From Phycisphaerae bacterium (GTDB lineage: Bacteria; Planctomycetota; Phycisphaerae; UBA1845; Fen-1342): a stretch of DNA of 64,000 nt. The notes beneath the pieces are model-generated. The model was not told where the DNA came from. It made no database searches and worked only from the letters and a program-made list of their open reading frames with translations. This document shows, piece by piece, positions 1 to 9,825 of this stretch (positions are counted from its first letter, which is position 1; each line of letters begins with the position of its first letter). The stretch spans positions 96,001 to 160,000 of the forward strand of contig CAXXWX010000027.1 in NCBI GenBank assembly GCA_963675745.2, given 5' to 3'. The position numbers and the translations under genes were made by a program.

Positions 1-988
1 GATCGAGCACGCCGATGGACTTCACGCTCTTGGGCAAGGCGGCGATGAGGTGCTCGGCCGAAAACGGGCGATACAGGCGCACCTTCAACACGCCGACCTT
101 CTCGCCGTGCGCGTTGAGATACTCGACGGTCTCGTGGGCGACCTCGGCCCCCGATCCCATCATGACGATGACGCGATCGGCATCCGGGGCGCCGACATAG
201 TCGAACAGGCGGTACTGCCGCCCCGTGATCTTCGCGAACCGGTCCATGCACTTCTGCACGATCGCCGGGCATTTCTCGTAGAAAGGCGTGATGGTCTCGC
301 GCGCCTGGAAGAATACGTCCGGGTTCTGCGCGGTACCCTTGATCGTGGGCCGATCGGGAGTGAGAGACCGGGCCCGGTGGGCGCGAACCAGCTCCGGGTC
401 GATCATGGCCCGCATGTCGTCGTGCGTCAGTGCCTCGATCTTCATTACCTCGTGCGAGCTGCGGAAGCCGTCGAAGAAGTGCAGGAACGGCACGCGCGCT
501 TCGAGCGTTGAGGCGTGGGATATCAGGGCCATATCCATGATTTCCTGGATAGAGCCCGAGGCGATCAGTGCATAGCCGGTCGAGCGGACCGCCATCACAT
601 CGCTATGGTCGCCGAAAATGCTCAGCGCGTGAGTGGCGATCGTGCGGGCGGTAACGTGAAAGACGGTCGGGGTCAGCTCGCCGGCCATCTTGAACATGGT
701 CGGGATCATCAACAGCAGACCTTGCGACGCCGTAAACGTCGTCGTCAAGGCGCCGCTCATGGCGGCCCCGTGAACGGCGGCCGATGCTCCGCCCTCGCTC
801 TGCATCTCCTGAATGAGTGGAACGGTGTTCCAGATGTTCTTCTCGCCAGCCGCCGACCACTCATCCGACCATTCCCCCATCGGTGAGGACGGCGTGATCG
901 GATAGATGGCGATCACCTCGCTGAGGGGGTGGGCTACGTGCGCGGCGGCCTGGTTGCCGTCAATCGTGACCATGCGCCGGTTGCTCAT
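1..988 (-). CDS. nifJ: Pyruvate:ferredoxin/flavodoxin oxidoreductase, N-terminal part (runs off the left edge)
   Basis: Manual minus-strand translation from ATG at 988: MSNRRMVTIDGNQAAAHVAHPLSEVIAIYPITPSSPMGEW, the YPITPS PFOR signature. Missing from the ORF track because it has no stop in the window. Confidence 0.93.
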   Translation of the reverse strand, partial: MSNRRMVTIDGNQAAAHVAHPLSEVIAIYPITPSSPMGEWSDEWSAAGEKNIWNTVPLIQEMQSEGGASAAVHGAAMSGALTTTFTASQGLLLMIPTMFKMAGELTPTVFHVTARTIATHALSIFGDHSDVMAVRSTGYALIASGSIQEIMDMALISHASTLEARVPFLHFFDGFRSSHEVMKIEALTHDDMRAMIDPELVRAHRARSLTPDRPTIKGTAQNPDVFFQARETITPFYEKCPAIVQKCMDRFAKITGRQYRLFDYVGAPDADRVIVMMGSGAEVAHETVEYLNAHGEKVGVLKVRLYRPFSAEHLIAALPKSVKSIGVLD

Positions 989-1096
989 TGTGTCAGTTCT
1001 CCATAGTGCGTCGCTTGCGACTCATCCAAATCAGGGCTCACGGGAATCGCGCGTCTCGGCCACGCCGGGCCGGCGCCCAGGCCTGTTCCCGCTACC

Positions 1097-1140
1097 GTAG
1101 CGGCCCACCCGAGTGTTGACAACATGGACCGACCGCTACG
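1097..1140. repeat. GTAG-type REP-like palindrome (family A, degenerate)
   Basis: GTAGCGG...CCGCTAC inverted ends; related to the copies at 23270-23351 and 58308-58333. Confidence 0.5.
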
Positions 1141-1595
1141 CCGGCGGCTACTCCAGGCCATGGGCATGGCCCGGGGTGGTGCGGGCATCCAACCAGCGCG
1201 GCCGACCTTTGAGAAACATCGGTGAGCATCAAAACGCCGCCGATGGCAGCCTCGCAGCCTGCGCGCACACTGTTCCCAATGAGCTCATCTAGCAATCGGC
1301 GTTCCGTTCGCCATGTCACGCACTAGCTCCCGTGAAACAAGAGGTTATGCAAGTGGGCGCATCTCCAACCTCCCGGCGCGCCGGCGATTTGGGGATTATC
1401 GCGCAGTCGTCTGGGCGTGATTGCATCCCCGAAACAGCTCCCGCGCGCCACGGCGCGCGCGTTCATATCAGCTTTGACTGCGTGCGGACTCTACAACGCG
1501 ACGCAAATGTGATATCTTCCTCGATTCAACGCGGGTGACATATGCGCCATCCGACGGCGGGTAAAGACTCGATACGACTCAATCGGAGATGGAAC

Positions 1596-3296
1596 ATGAG
1601 CCAGGCTAAGGCATCGGTGGGCAAGAAACGAGTAACCGTCTCGCTAACCGGGCGACTGTTAATGAGCTGCCCGCTACTCAACAAGGGCGCCGCTTTCACC
1701 AAGGGCGAACGCGATCGCGGTAAGCTCCGCGGCTTGCTGCCGTCCAGCCCGCTCACCATCGAACAGCAGGCCGAGCTCGAGATGGAGCACCTGCGCCAAA
1801 AGGGAACCGACCTCGAGAAGTACATCGGTCTCGCCGCTTTGCAGGACCGCGCCGAGACACTTTTTTACCGCGTGCTGATTGAGAACACGGCCGAGCTGCT
1901 CCCCATCGTCTACACACCGACGGTCGGTCACGCCTGCCAGCAGTACAGCCATATTATTCGCCGGCCGCGCGGCATCTGGATTACGCCGGACGACATCGAG
2001 TGCATTCCGGATGTCTTGCGCAACGCGCCGAACCAGGACGTGCGCCTGATTGTCGTGACAGACAACGAGCGCATCCTCGGCCTCGGCGACCAGGGGGCCG
2101 GCGGAATGGGCATCCCGGTCGGAAAGATCGCTTTGTATTGCGCCGGCGCCGGCATCGATCCGGCCAAGTGTCTGCCGATCAGCCTCGACGTGGGTACCAA
2201 CAACGCCGACCTGCTGAACGACCCCTACTATCTCGGTTGGCGCCACCGGCGGCTGCGCGACGAACCCTACGAGCAGTTCATCGAAGCGTTCGTGGACGCC
2301 GTTCAGGAGGTGTATCCACGTGCCCTGGTCCAGTGGGAGGACTTCCACAAGAACATCGCATTCATGGTGCTTGACCGCTACCGCAAGCGCATCACGTGCT
2401 TTAACGATGATATCCAGGGCACGGCCGGCGTCGCTCTCGCCGGCATATACGGCGCGCTGCGCATCACCAAGCAGAAGCTCGCCGACCAGCGCATCGTCTA
2501 CGCCGGGTCCGGAGCTGCGGGTGTCGGCATCGGGCGTTTGATACAGGCGGCGATGTATGAAGAGTGCGACGATCAGCAGAAGATTCGCCGCGCGCAGGTT
2601 TTCACCGACAGTCGCGGGCTGGTACACGACGGCAAGAAGATCGCCGATCCGCACAAGCGGCCCTTCGCCATGACGCAGGATGACATGAAGCACTACGGCT
2701 TCGAGGCCGGTCAGGACCACGACCTGCTGTCGGTGGTCAAGCACGTCAAGCCCACGGTGCTGCTCGGCACCACGACGGTACCGGGCACCTTCAGCGAAGT
2801 GATCATCCGCGAAATGGCCAAGCACGTGGAGCGTCCCATCATTCTGCCGTTCAGCAATCCGACATCGAAGGCCGAGTGTACGCCGCAGGAGGCCTTCGAC
2901 TGGACCGACGGTAAGTCGATCGTCGCCACGGGCAGCCCGTTCCCGCCGGTCGAGCACGGCGGCAGGAAGTACGAGATCGGGCAGGGCAACAATGTATTCA
3001 TCTTCCCGGGAGTGGGCCTGGGCACGATCCTGTCCGAATCGCGCGAAGTGCCGGAGACGTTCTTTATGGTCGCCGCCAACGCGTTGGCCCATTGCCTGAG
3101 CGATGAACGCCTGGCGACCGGATCGATCTACCCCGATCAGAATGACCTGCGGACCGTCAGCAACAAGATCGCCTGCGCGGTCATTCGCGAAGCCAAACGT
3201 CTTAAGATCGGGCGCCTGATTCCCGACGACGATATCGAGAAGGTCGTCGACGATGCGATGTGGTACCCCGAGTATGCCGAGTACTCGTTTGAGTAA
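1596..3296 (+). CDS. maeA: NAD-dependent malic enzyme
   Basis: [32 protein letters not shown] and SNPT motifs; likely start ATG 1596. Confidence 0.95.
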   Translation: MSQAKASVGKKRVTVSLTGRLLMSCPLLNKGAAFTKGERDRGKLRGLLPSSPLTIEQQAELEMEHLRQKGTDLEKYIGLAALQDRAETLFYRVLIENTAELLPIVYTPTVGHACQQYSHIIRRPRGIWITPDDIECIPDVLRNAPNQDVRLIVVTDNERILGLGDQGAGGMGIPVGKIALYCAGAGIDPAKCLPISLDVGTNNADLLNDPYYLGWRHRRLRDEPYEQFIEAFVDAVQEVYPRALVQWEDFHKNIAFMVLDRYRKRITCFNDDIQGTAGVALAGIYGALRITKQKLADQRIVYAGSGAAGVGIGRLIQAAMYEECDDQQKIRRAQVFTDSRGLVHDGKKIADPHKRPFAMTQDDMKHYGFEAGQDHDLLSVVKHVKPTVLLGTTTVPGTFSEVIIREMAKHVERPIILPFSNPTSKAECTPQEAFDWTDGKSIVATGSPFPPVEHGGRKYEIGQGNNVFIFPGVGLGTILSESREVPETFFMVAANALAHCLSDERLATGSIYPDQNDLRTVSNKIACAVIREAKRLKIGRLIPDDDIEKVVDDAMWYPEYAEYSFE

Positions 3297-3319
3297 CCGG
3301 CCGGGCAGTGGGTGAGTAA

Positions 3320-3727
3320 TTACTCGGAAGGCGGCGGCGCGGCAGGCGCGTCGCCCGGTGGATCATCGCCGAGATCCTCGAGTTCGACCGCTGGCACACC
3401 CAGCAATTGGGCGAGGTCGCGGAGCCTGAACGGCTTTTCGAGTTGCCGCGTGCTGGGGCACGGTCGCTTGGTCGCGCGCATGTTGGCCACGGTCCGAATC
3501 GTCTTCACGGCCGGGTTCCTGGCACGCGCATGGGCTTCGACCTCGTCGATCTGATTCCCCGGCAGCGCCCCCGAGACAACCACCGCCGCCACGTCGCGCG
3601 CGTCCAGCAGCCGCATGGCTTCATCCAGCGATGCCGTCGCATCGACAGTAAACCAGCGCTTCAGGTAGGTGGATAACGACCAGCGCGCCAGCGGGTCGCC
3701 ATCGACAATCAACACGCGTTTGGGCAA
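3320..3727 (-). CDS. Single-domain response regulator (atypical receiver)
   Basis: KRVLIVDGDPLARWSL...LEKPF receiver fold; TTG start at 3727 with AGGA upstream; the phosphoacceptor position reads VVVS. Confidence 0.7.
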   Translation of the reverse strand: MPKRVLIVDGDPLARWSLSTYLKRWFTVDATASLDEAMRLLDARDVAAVVVSGALPGNQIDEVEAHARARNPAVKTIRTVANMRATKRPCPSTRQLEKPFRLRDLAQLLGVPAVELEDLGDDPPGDAPAAPPPSE

Positions 3728-3813
3728 AGCGGTTTCCTGCACGCCACAGCTTCTCAGTTTCCGGTGATTGCAGCGCATTGCCGAAGACCCTCGCAATCGG
3801 CAGGCGGTGCCAT

Positions 3814-3829
3814 TGCACGCGCCGTGCCA
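3814..3829 (-). promoter_or_regulatory. Putative sigma-54 (-24/-12) promoter
   Basis: Minus strand TGGCACGGCGCGTGCA has exact GG-N10-GC spacing; upstream of the receiver gene and next to an NtrC-family activator. Confidence 0.6.
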
Positions 3830-4037
3830 TAACAGCCCCGCCCACCTGAGAATCCATATGCGGACGTCACGGTAATCTGAGCCGCGCGCGGCTATCAATG
3901 GACACGCGTGGCCCTGGCGGCTGTGCATCTATGATCGGCGTTTCTGTCGCAAAATCCTCACCGGATGCGCCAGAATCCACATCCCTCACCCCGCCAGTGC
4001 GTGCCGGGTCGTGAGTTTTCCCGGCAAAGGCAGTACG

Positions 4038-5276
4038 ATGCCCGACATGCCAGCGGCGGTATTCCAGGCGTTGATTCGCTACATCGGGTTCACCAAAACC
4101 GACGCGGATAATGTGCGCTCTCTCGCCTCCATCGTCACGCAACACACGTCGGACATCGCCGACGCCCTGCATAAGCGCATCGCGCGCCATCTGGGAACCG
4201 GGCGCACCATGACCGGTGGCGCGCGGCAGGCCGAACATGTCCGCGAGGTGATGCGCAGTTGGCTCGACCAGCTCTTCCAGGGGGCCTACGACGACGACTA
4301 CGCCCGGCAACGCCTGCTCATCGGAGAGCAGCACGCGGAAAACGGACTGCCGCAGTATTACCTGGTCGCGGCCCAGGAACTGGCCTGGCGGTTTATCGAG
4401 TCGCACGTCCGCGCGGCCAACCTGCCCAAGACCGACGCCAGGCTCGCCTCGCTACGCAAGCTCCTGGCGATCGACCTCGCGCTGATCCTCGAAAGCTACC
4501 GGCAAAGCTACGCGAACCGCGTCCGCCAGACCGAGCGCGCCGCCGTGCGCCAGCGCCTGTACGAGGCCGAGCACCTGGCACACATCGGCCATCTGGCGGC
4601 GTCACTGGCACATGAGATCAAGAACCCGCTGGCGGGCATCAGCGGCGCCGTGCAGGTGCTGCGTGAACCGATGCCCGCCGATCATCCACATCGGCCCATT
4701 CTGACCGAGGTTTTGCGGCAGATTGACCGGCTGGATGGAACGGTGAAGGATCTGCTCGTGTACGCCCGGCCGCGGGCGCCGCGCTTTCAACGCTGTAGCC
4801 TCAACAAGCTGATCGAGCGCGTGCTGGCGTTCCTGCGCGGGGAGCCGGACGTCCAACGTGTCCGCATCGAGTACGTTGACAGCCAGAAACTCGATCTCTA
4901 CGCCGACGAGGGCCAGCTCGAACAGCTTCTGATCAACCTCCTGCTCAACGCCGCGCAGGCTTCGGACGAGGGCGATGTGGTGGGTTTGTATGTCACCTCG
5001 ACAACCGAAGGGCTGCGGTTGACCATCACGGATGAGGGGCAGGGCATGGATGAGGAGGTCGTGCGACAGGCCTTTGAGCCGTTTTACACAACCAAGGCGC
5101 GCGGCACCGGCCTGGGACTCCCCATCTGCCGTAAGATTGTCGAAGCGCACGGCGGCGTGATTTCGATTCAAAGCGTGCCGGGACTACGCACAACCGTGGC
5201 GGTGCGGCTGCCGCGTTTCCCGCCGGCATCAACTGGAGGCCAGAGCCCCGATGAGTATCCGCGTCCTGATCGTTGA
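4038..5276 (+). CDS. Globin-coupled (protoglobin-domain) sensor histidine kinase
   Basis: N-terminal globin sensor (YIGFT..D, IGEQHAENGL proximal His); H-box LAHEIKNPL; N box, DEGQG and GTGLGL ATPase boxes. Confidence 0.88.
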   Translation: MPDMPAAVFQALIRYIGFTKTDADNVRSLASIVTQHTSDIADALHKRIARHLGTGRTMTGGARQAEHVREVMRSWLDQLFQGAYDDDYARQRLLIGEQHAENGLPQYYLVAAQELAWRFIESHVRAANLPKTDARLASLRKLLAIDLALILESYRQSYANRVRQTERAAVRQRLYEAEHLAHIGHLAASLAHEIKNPLAGISGAVQVLREPMPADHPHRPILTEVLRQIDRLDGTVKDLLVYARPRAPRFQRCSLNKLIERVLAFLRGEPDVQRVRIEYVDSQKLDLYADEGQLEQLLINLLLNAAQASDEGDVVGLYVTSTTEGLRLTITDEGQGMDEEVVRQAFEPFYTTKARGTGLGLPICRKIVEAHGGVISIQSVPGLRTTVAVRLPRFPPASTGGQSPDEYPRPDR

Positions 5277-6630
5277 GGATGAGAGCCTCATCCGCTGGTC
5301 CCTGCGACAGAAGCTCGAAGAACGGGGCTTTGTCGTCGCCGAGGCCGGCGACGGGAAGACCGCGCTCGCGGAGTTCTCCGAGGTCGAGCCGGACCTGGTA
5401 ATGCTAGATTACCGGCTGCCCGATACGACCGGCATCGAGCTGTTGCGCGAAATCCGCGACCGGCAAACCGACGCCGTCGTAATCATGATGACTGCCTACA
5501 GCACCATCGAGACGGCCGTCGAGGCGATCAAACTCGGCGCATTCGACTACCTGGCCAAGCCCTTCCAGATGGACCAGTTGATGTTGACCGTCGACCGCGC
5601 GCTCGAAACCACCAAGCTGCGCCGCGAAGTGCGCGAACTGCGCCGGCAAATGCAGCAGCAGTTCGGCATGGACAGCATCATCGGCCAGCACGAGCTGATG
5701 CGCGCCATGTTTGACATCGTCAAGCAGGTCTCCCGCACGGGCGTCTCGACGGTCTTTCTGCGCGGCGATACCGGCACCGGCAAGGACCTGGTCGCACGCG
5801 TCATCCATTACAACTCGGACCGCGGCGCCAAGCCGTTTGTGAATATCACCTGCACCGCGCTCTCCGAGAGCCTGTTGGAGAGCGAGCTGTTCGGACACGA
5901 GCGCGGGGCGTTCACTGATGCGAAGTTGCAGAAGAAGGGGCTCTTCGAGATCGCCGACGGCGGCTCCGTATTCCTCGACGAAGTCGGTGACATGCCCGCC
6001 GGACTCCAGGCCAAGCTGCTGCGTTTTCTCGAGGAGCGGCGCTTTCGACGAGTGGGCGGGACGCGTGAAATCCGCGTCGACGTCCGCGTGATCGCCGCCA
6101 CCAATCGCGATATCGACCAGGCGATTGAGCGTGGCGAATTCCGCCGCGATCTGATGTATCGCCTGAACGTGGTGACCATCCACCTGCCGCCGCTGCGCGC
6201 CCGCGGGGATGACGTCAAGCTGCTGGCCCGGCACTTCCTGACGCGTTTCGCCGAAGAGTTCAAGAAGCCCATCATCGGCATCGACGACAGCGCATATGAG
6301 CGCCTGGCGTCCTACGACTGGCCGGGCAATGTGCGCGAGCTGCGCAACGTGATTGAGCGGGCGGCACTGCTCTGCCACGGCGAGATGATATCCGCCGAGG
6401 ACATAGCGGTGGGCCGTTCGGGCGAACAGCCCTGGGACTGGGATATCGAGCGTATCGCGCTGCCGCCCGAAGGATTCGACTTCGAAAAGCTGCGTGTGCT
6501 CGAGTACCACCTGCTGCGGCAGGCCCTGGAACGCACCAATAACAACCAAACCCAGGCGGCCAAGCTGCTTAACCTGTCACGCGATCGGCTGCGGTACCGG
6601 TTGCAGCGGCACAATCTGTTGGAGAAGTGA
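5251..6630 (+). CDS. Sigma-54-dependent NtrC/AtoC-family response regulator
   Basis: Receiver, GDTGTGKD Walker A, ESELFGHERGAFTDA, WPGNVREL and C-terminal Fis HTH. Confidence 0.95.
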   Translation: MSIRVLIVEDESLIRWSLRQKLEERGFVVAEAGDGKTALAEFSEVEPDLVMLDYRLPDTTGIELLREIRDRQTDAVVIMMTAYSTIETAVEAIKLGAFDYLAKPFQMDQLMLTVDRALETTKLRREVRELRRQMQQQFGMDSIIGQHELMRAMFDIVKQVSRTGVSTVFLRGDTGTGKDLVARVIHYNSDRGAKPFVNITCTALSESLLESELFGHERGAFTDAKLQKKGLFEIADGGSVFLDEVGDMPAGLQAKLLRFLEERRFRRVGGTREIRVDVRVIAATNRDIDQAIERGEFRRDLMYRLNVVTIHLPPLRARGDDVKLLARHFLTRFAEEFKKPIIGIDDSAYERLASYDWPGNVRELRNVIERAALLCHGEMISAEDIAVGRSGEQPWDWDIERIALPPEGFDFEKLRVLEYHLLRQALERTNNNQTQAAKLLNLSRDRLRYRLQRHNLLEK

Positions 6631-6676
6631 CGACGGGGAACGGGGAACGGGGAGCGGACCTGATGGCTGAGGGGAG

Positions 6677-6964
6677 CTAGTTCTCGGGTTTCTCTGTCTG
6701 CTCGGGTTCAGCTTCGGGTTTAGGTTCATGCTCCGGCTCGGTCGAACGCGCGACAGATTGCGCGCCGGCGTCATCCTTGGGCGGATGCAGCCGATGCCGA
6801 TCGTCGCCGTCCAGGTCCATGTCGTCACCGACCTCGCGCAAGCCGCGCTTGAACTCGTTCATCGCCCGCCCCATCGAGCGCGCAACTTCCGGAAGACGGT
6901 TGCCGAAGAGCAGCAACGCCACAACCAGAATGAGTAAGATTCCCCAGTGACTAATCCCAAACAT
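6677..6964 (-). CDS. tatA: Twin-arginine translocase TatA/E subunit
   Basis: N-terminal TM, LLFG hinge, LPEVARSMGRAMNEFKRG amphipathic helix. Confidence 0.92.
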   Translation of the reverse strand: MFGISHWGILLILVVALLLFGNRLPEVARSMGRAMNEFKRGLREVGDDMDLDGDDRHRLHPPKDDAGAQSVARSTEPEHEPKPEAEPEQTEKPEN

Positions 6965-7198
6965 GATTCGTTCCTTCAGGCGCCCGGCAACGGCGCGCGC
7001 CCCAGGTATCCATAACCAACCCGCGCGGCGAGCAGGCCCCGAGCGACCGTAACCATCACTCTATTCTATTCTTGCGGCAAATGGCGGCGGTGTCAAAGCT
7101 GTCACGCCCCCCGCTGCCTCGTGGCCTTGTGGCCTCGTGGCCTCGTGCCCTCATCGCCCCCCCTCTTCCCATCTCCAACAAGCCGCTACACTACCCGG

Positions 7199-8593
7199 AT
7201 GCGACCGTTCCAGCAGTTCCTCCGCACCGACCGCATTCCTCCCGCTGCGCGCCCGAACTACCACGCCGAGTTCAAGCACTACTTCTTGTGGGTGATCTTC
7301 GCCGGCGCGATCGACATGAACCTCAACGGCATCGTCGCCAAGAAAACCTTTGGCGCGTCCGATCACCTCACCACTTTCATCTGGGCAATCCCCGTCCTGG
7401 CCAACATACTCAACGTGTTCTGGGGCGTGATCTGTCGCGGGCGCCGACGCATCCCGATGATGATTGTCGTCAGCAGCGGGATCGTGGCGTGCGTGGCGTC
7501 AATAGCACTGGTGCCCCGCGCATGGCAACCCTGGGCCGGCTGGGTTTTCGCACTGCAGCTTGCGGCGACTTTTGTGCTGTGGTCCGGATTGCTGACCCTG
7601 CGCGTTTCCCTCTGGCAGGCCAACTACCCGGCGGCGAAACGCGCCCAGATCGCCGGTCGCTTCCAGATCCTGCGGCTGCTGAGCATGCTGGCGGTGCCGG
7701 TCAGCCTGGGCTGGCTTTACGACCGCGCCCCGGACTCCTACCGGTTCGTCTATCCCGCCGCGGCACTGATTGGCCTGATCTCACTGATTCCCCTGCGGCG
7801 TGTCCGGGTCAAGGACGAGCACGCGGAGATCAAGAGCTTTCGCGAGCGCCAGGTTGCGCACGGACACGAGTCGCATCATACGCTCGCGGGGCTCTGGAAA
7901 GGCGTAGCCGAGGCGTTGCGGATCTTTCGCGATGACAAGCCTTTCAGAAACTATCAGGTGGCCCAGTTTCTGCTGGGGTCGGCAAACTTCTTCACCGAGC
8001 CGATCCTGATCCTGGTGCTGACGACCGAACTGCGGCTCGGTTACTTCCATTCGACGCTGATCATGACCCTGGTGCGCGCGTTCGTCATGTTGCTGACGAC
8101 GGCGACCTGGTCACGGTTTTTTGATCGCGTGGGGATCTTCCGCTTTCGTGTCTACAACAGCGCCTTCTGGTGTGTTTCCTACGCACTCGTGGCCACCGCC
8201 ATGATCATCCTGGTAACTCGTGACGCAAGCTGGTCACCGGTCGTCATTGGACTGATCGTCACGAGCCGCGTCGTGAGCGGACTCGGCGCCGCGGGTGGCA
8301 TGCTCGCCTGGCCGTTGGGACATCTGGCCTTTGCCCGCGAACACCAGGCGAACCTATATCTCGGCCTGCACGTGGCCCTGACCGGCGTGCGCGGGCTGAT
8401 AATGCCGCAAGTCGCCCAGGCCGCCCGCGCCGCGTACGGCAACTTGGTCGTGATCACGGCCGTTGTGCTCGCCACCACGGCGCACGTGCTGTTTCGCCGC
8501 ATGAAGCACCACGATCGCCGACTCGATGCAAGCCGCGCTGCCAACCCGGATGACGGCGCGGACACGCCTGAACCGCCGCCAACACGCGGATAG
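7199..8593 (+). CDS. MFS transporter
   Basis: About 12 hydrophobic segments with a central hydrophilic loop and a DRVG motif. Confidence 0.8.
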   Translation: MRPFQQFLRTDRIPPAARPNYHAEFKHYFLWVIFAGAIDMNLNGIVAKKTFGASDHLTTFIWAIPVLANILNVFWGVICRGRRRIPMMIVVSSGIVACVASIALVPRAWQPWAGWVFALQLAATFVLWSGLLTLRVSLWQANYPAAKRAQIAGRFQILRLLSMLAVPVSLGWLYDRAPDSYRFVYPAAALIGLISLIPLRRVRVKDEHAEIKSFRERQVAHGHESHHTLAGLWKGVAEALRIFRDDKPFRNYQVAQFLLGSANFFTEPILILVLTTELRLGYFHSTLIMTLVRAFVMLLTTATWSRFFDRVGIFRFRVYNSAFWCVSYALVATAMIILVTRDASWSPVVIGLIVTSRVVSGLGAAGGMLAWPLGHLAFAREHQANLYLGLHVALTGVRGLIMPQVAQAARAAYGNLVVITAVVLATTAHVLFRRMKHHDRRLDASRAANPDDGADTPEPPPTRG

Positions 8594-8728
8594 CGTCGGA
8601 CACTCCCCCGCCTAGAGTTGCCCACCCCGCGGGCCCGACCACCCCGCGGCCCTTTGCCCTCGGAGCGCCGGCGGCTAACATGTGCCCGCGGTCGGTGCCC
8701 GCGCGAGCCGCGCGACGAGAGACGCGCT

Positions 8729-9772
8729 TTGATCAGGCGACCCAGACAGAGCATCCTGCAACGATTGACACCCGGGCTCGTGGCCTTTGTGGGCATTACG
8801 CTGCTCGGCACGCTCGGCATATATTTCATCGAGCTCGACAGTGCCGAGCCGTGGACCTTCATCGATGCGCTTTATCAATCCGTAATCACGGTGACGACCG
8901 TCGGGCTGACCGAGGCTCACGAGCTTGACCAGGCCGGCCGCCTCTTCACAATCATCCTGGCGATCGTCGGCTTCGGCATATACACGTATATTGCCGCGTT
9001 CATCGCGCAGTACCTGATCACGGGGGAATTGCAGGGCATCTGGGGCAGAAGACGCATGCAACGCAAGATCGACTCCGTAACAGACCACTTCATCGTGTGC
9101 GGCTACGGGCGGATGGGGCGGCAAGTGGCCGATGACTTCAGGCGCGAAAACCACAACGTGGTCGTAATCGACCAGTCAGAGGCGGCCCTGCAACGCGCCG
9201 TGGACAGTGGCCATCTCGCCGTTCAGGGTGACGCGGGCGATGATAACATCCTCCGCAAGGCCGGCGTGGCCCAGGCGCGCGCCCTGCTGACCGTCATCGA
9301 CGACGATGCCAGCAATCTGCTGGTCACGCTCTCGGCCCGGGCGCTGAACGAGAAGCTCTTCATCATTGCCCGCGCCAATGCTGAAATGACCGAATCAAAG
9401 CTCGTATCCGCCGGGGCCAATCGCGTGCTGTCGCCCTACGGCATCAGCGGGCGCCGCATGGCGCAAATGGCCCTGCGGCCCAGCGTGGTCGAGTTCCTCG
9501 AGGTTGTGACCCATGATCGCGAGCTGGAGCTCTGGCTCGAGGAGCTGACCGTCGCGTTCGGCTCGCGTCTCGATGACAACCAGATCGGCGGAGCGGCGAT
9601 CCGCGAAAAAACCGGGGCCAATGTGGTGGCGATAAGGCTGCGCACCGACGAGATGGTGGTCAGCCCGCCACCCGAGACACGCGTACACGCCGGCGACATC
9701 CTGATCGCCCTGGGCACGCGCAAGCAACTGGCCGAATTGCGCAAACTCGCGTTTGAACCGGTCACCGAGTAA
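8729..9772 (+). CDS. Potassium channel protein (2TM + RCK/TrkA-N + TrkA-C)
   Basis: DALYQSVITVTTVG pore helix, HFIVCGYGRMG Rossmann motif, C-terminal TrkA-C; start uncertain. Confidence 0.9.
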   Translation: MIRRPRQSILQRLTPGLVAFVGITLLGTLGIYFIELDSAEPWTFIDALYQSVITVTTVGLTEAHELDQAGRLFTIILAIVGFGIYTYIAAFIAQYLITGELQGIWGRRRMQRKIDSVTDHFIVCGYGRMGRQVADDFRRENHNVVVIDQSEAALQRAVDSGHLAVQGDAGDDNILRKAGVAQARALLTVIDDDASNLLVTLSARALNEKLFIIARANAEMTESKLVSAGANRVLSPYGISGRRMAQMALRPSVVEFLEVVTHDRELELWLEELTVAFGSRLDDNQIGGAAIREKTGANVVAIRLRTDEMVVSPPPETRVHAGDILIALGTRKQLAELRKLAFEPVTE

Positions 9773-9825
9773 GCTCGCCGCGGCCGTTGTGGTTCTCGCG
9801 GGCCGATTCCGCTAGAGTAGAGACC

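Noticed and set aside
1092..1538. Small ORFs and sigma-54/CRP sites in the nifJ-malic enzyme intergenic region
   Set aside because: The ORFs lack motifs or an RBS; candidate TTGC sites fail GG-N10-GC spacing; TGTGA has no matching half-site
1674..3092. Long antisense ORFs (also 5404-6549, 11921-13468, 14534-15619, 52307-53497, 55366-56445, 56625-58010)
   Set aside because: Shadow ORFs opposite well-supported genes, typical of high-GC codon bias; no recognisable motifs
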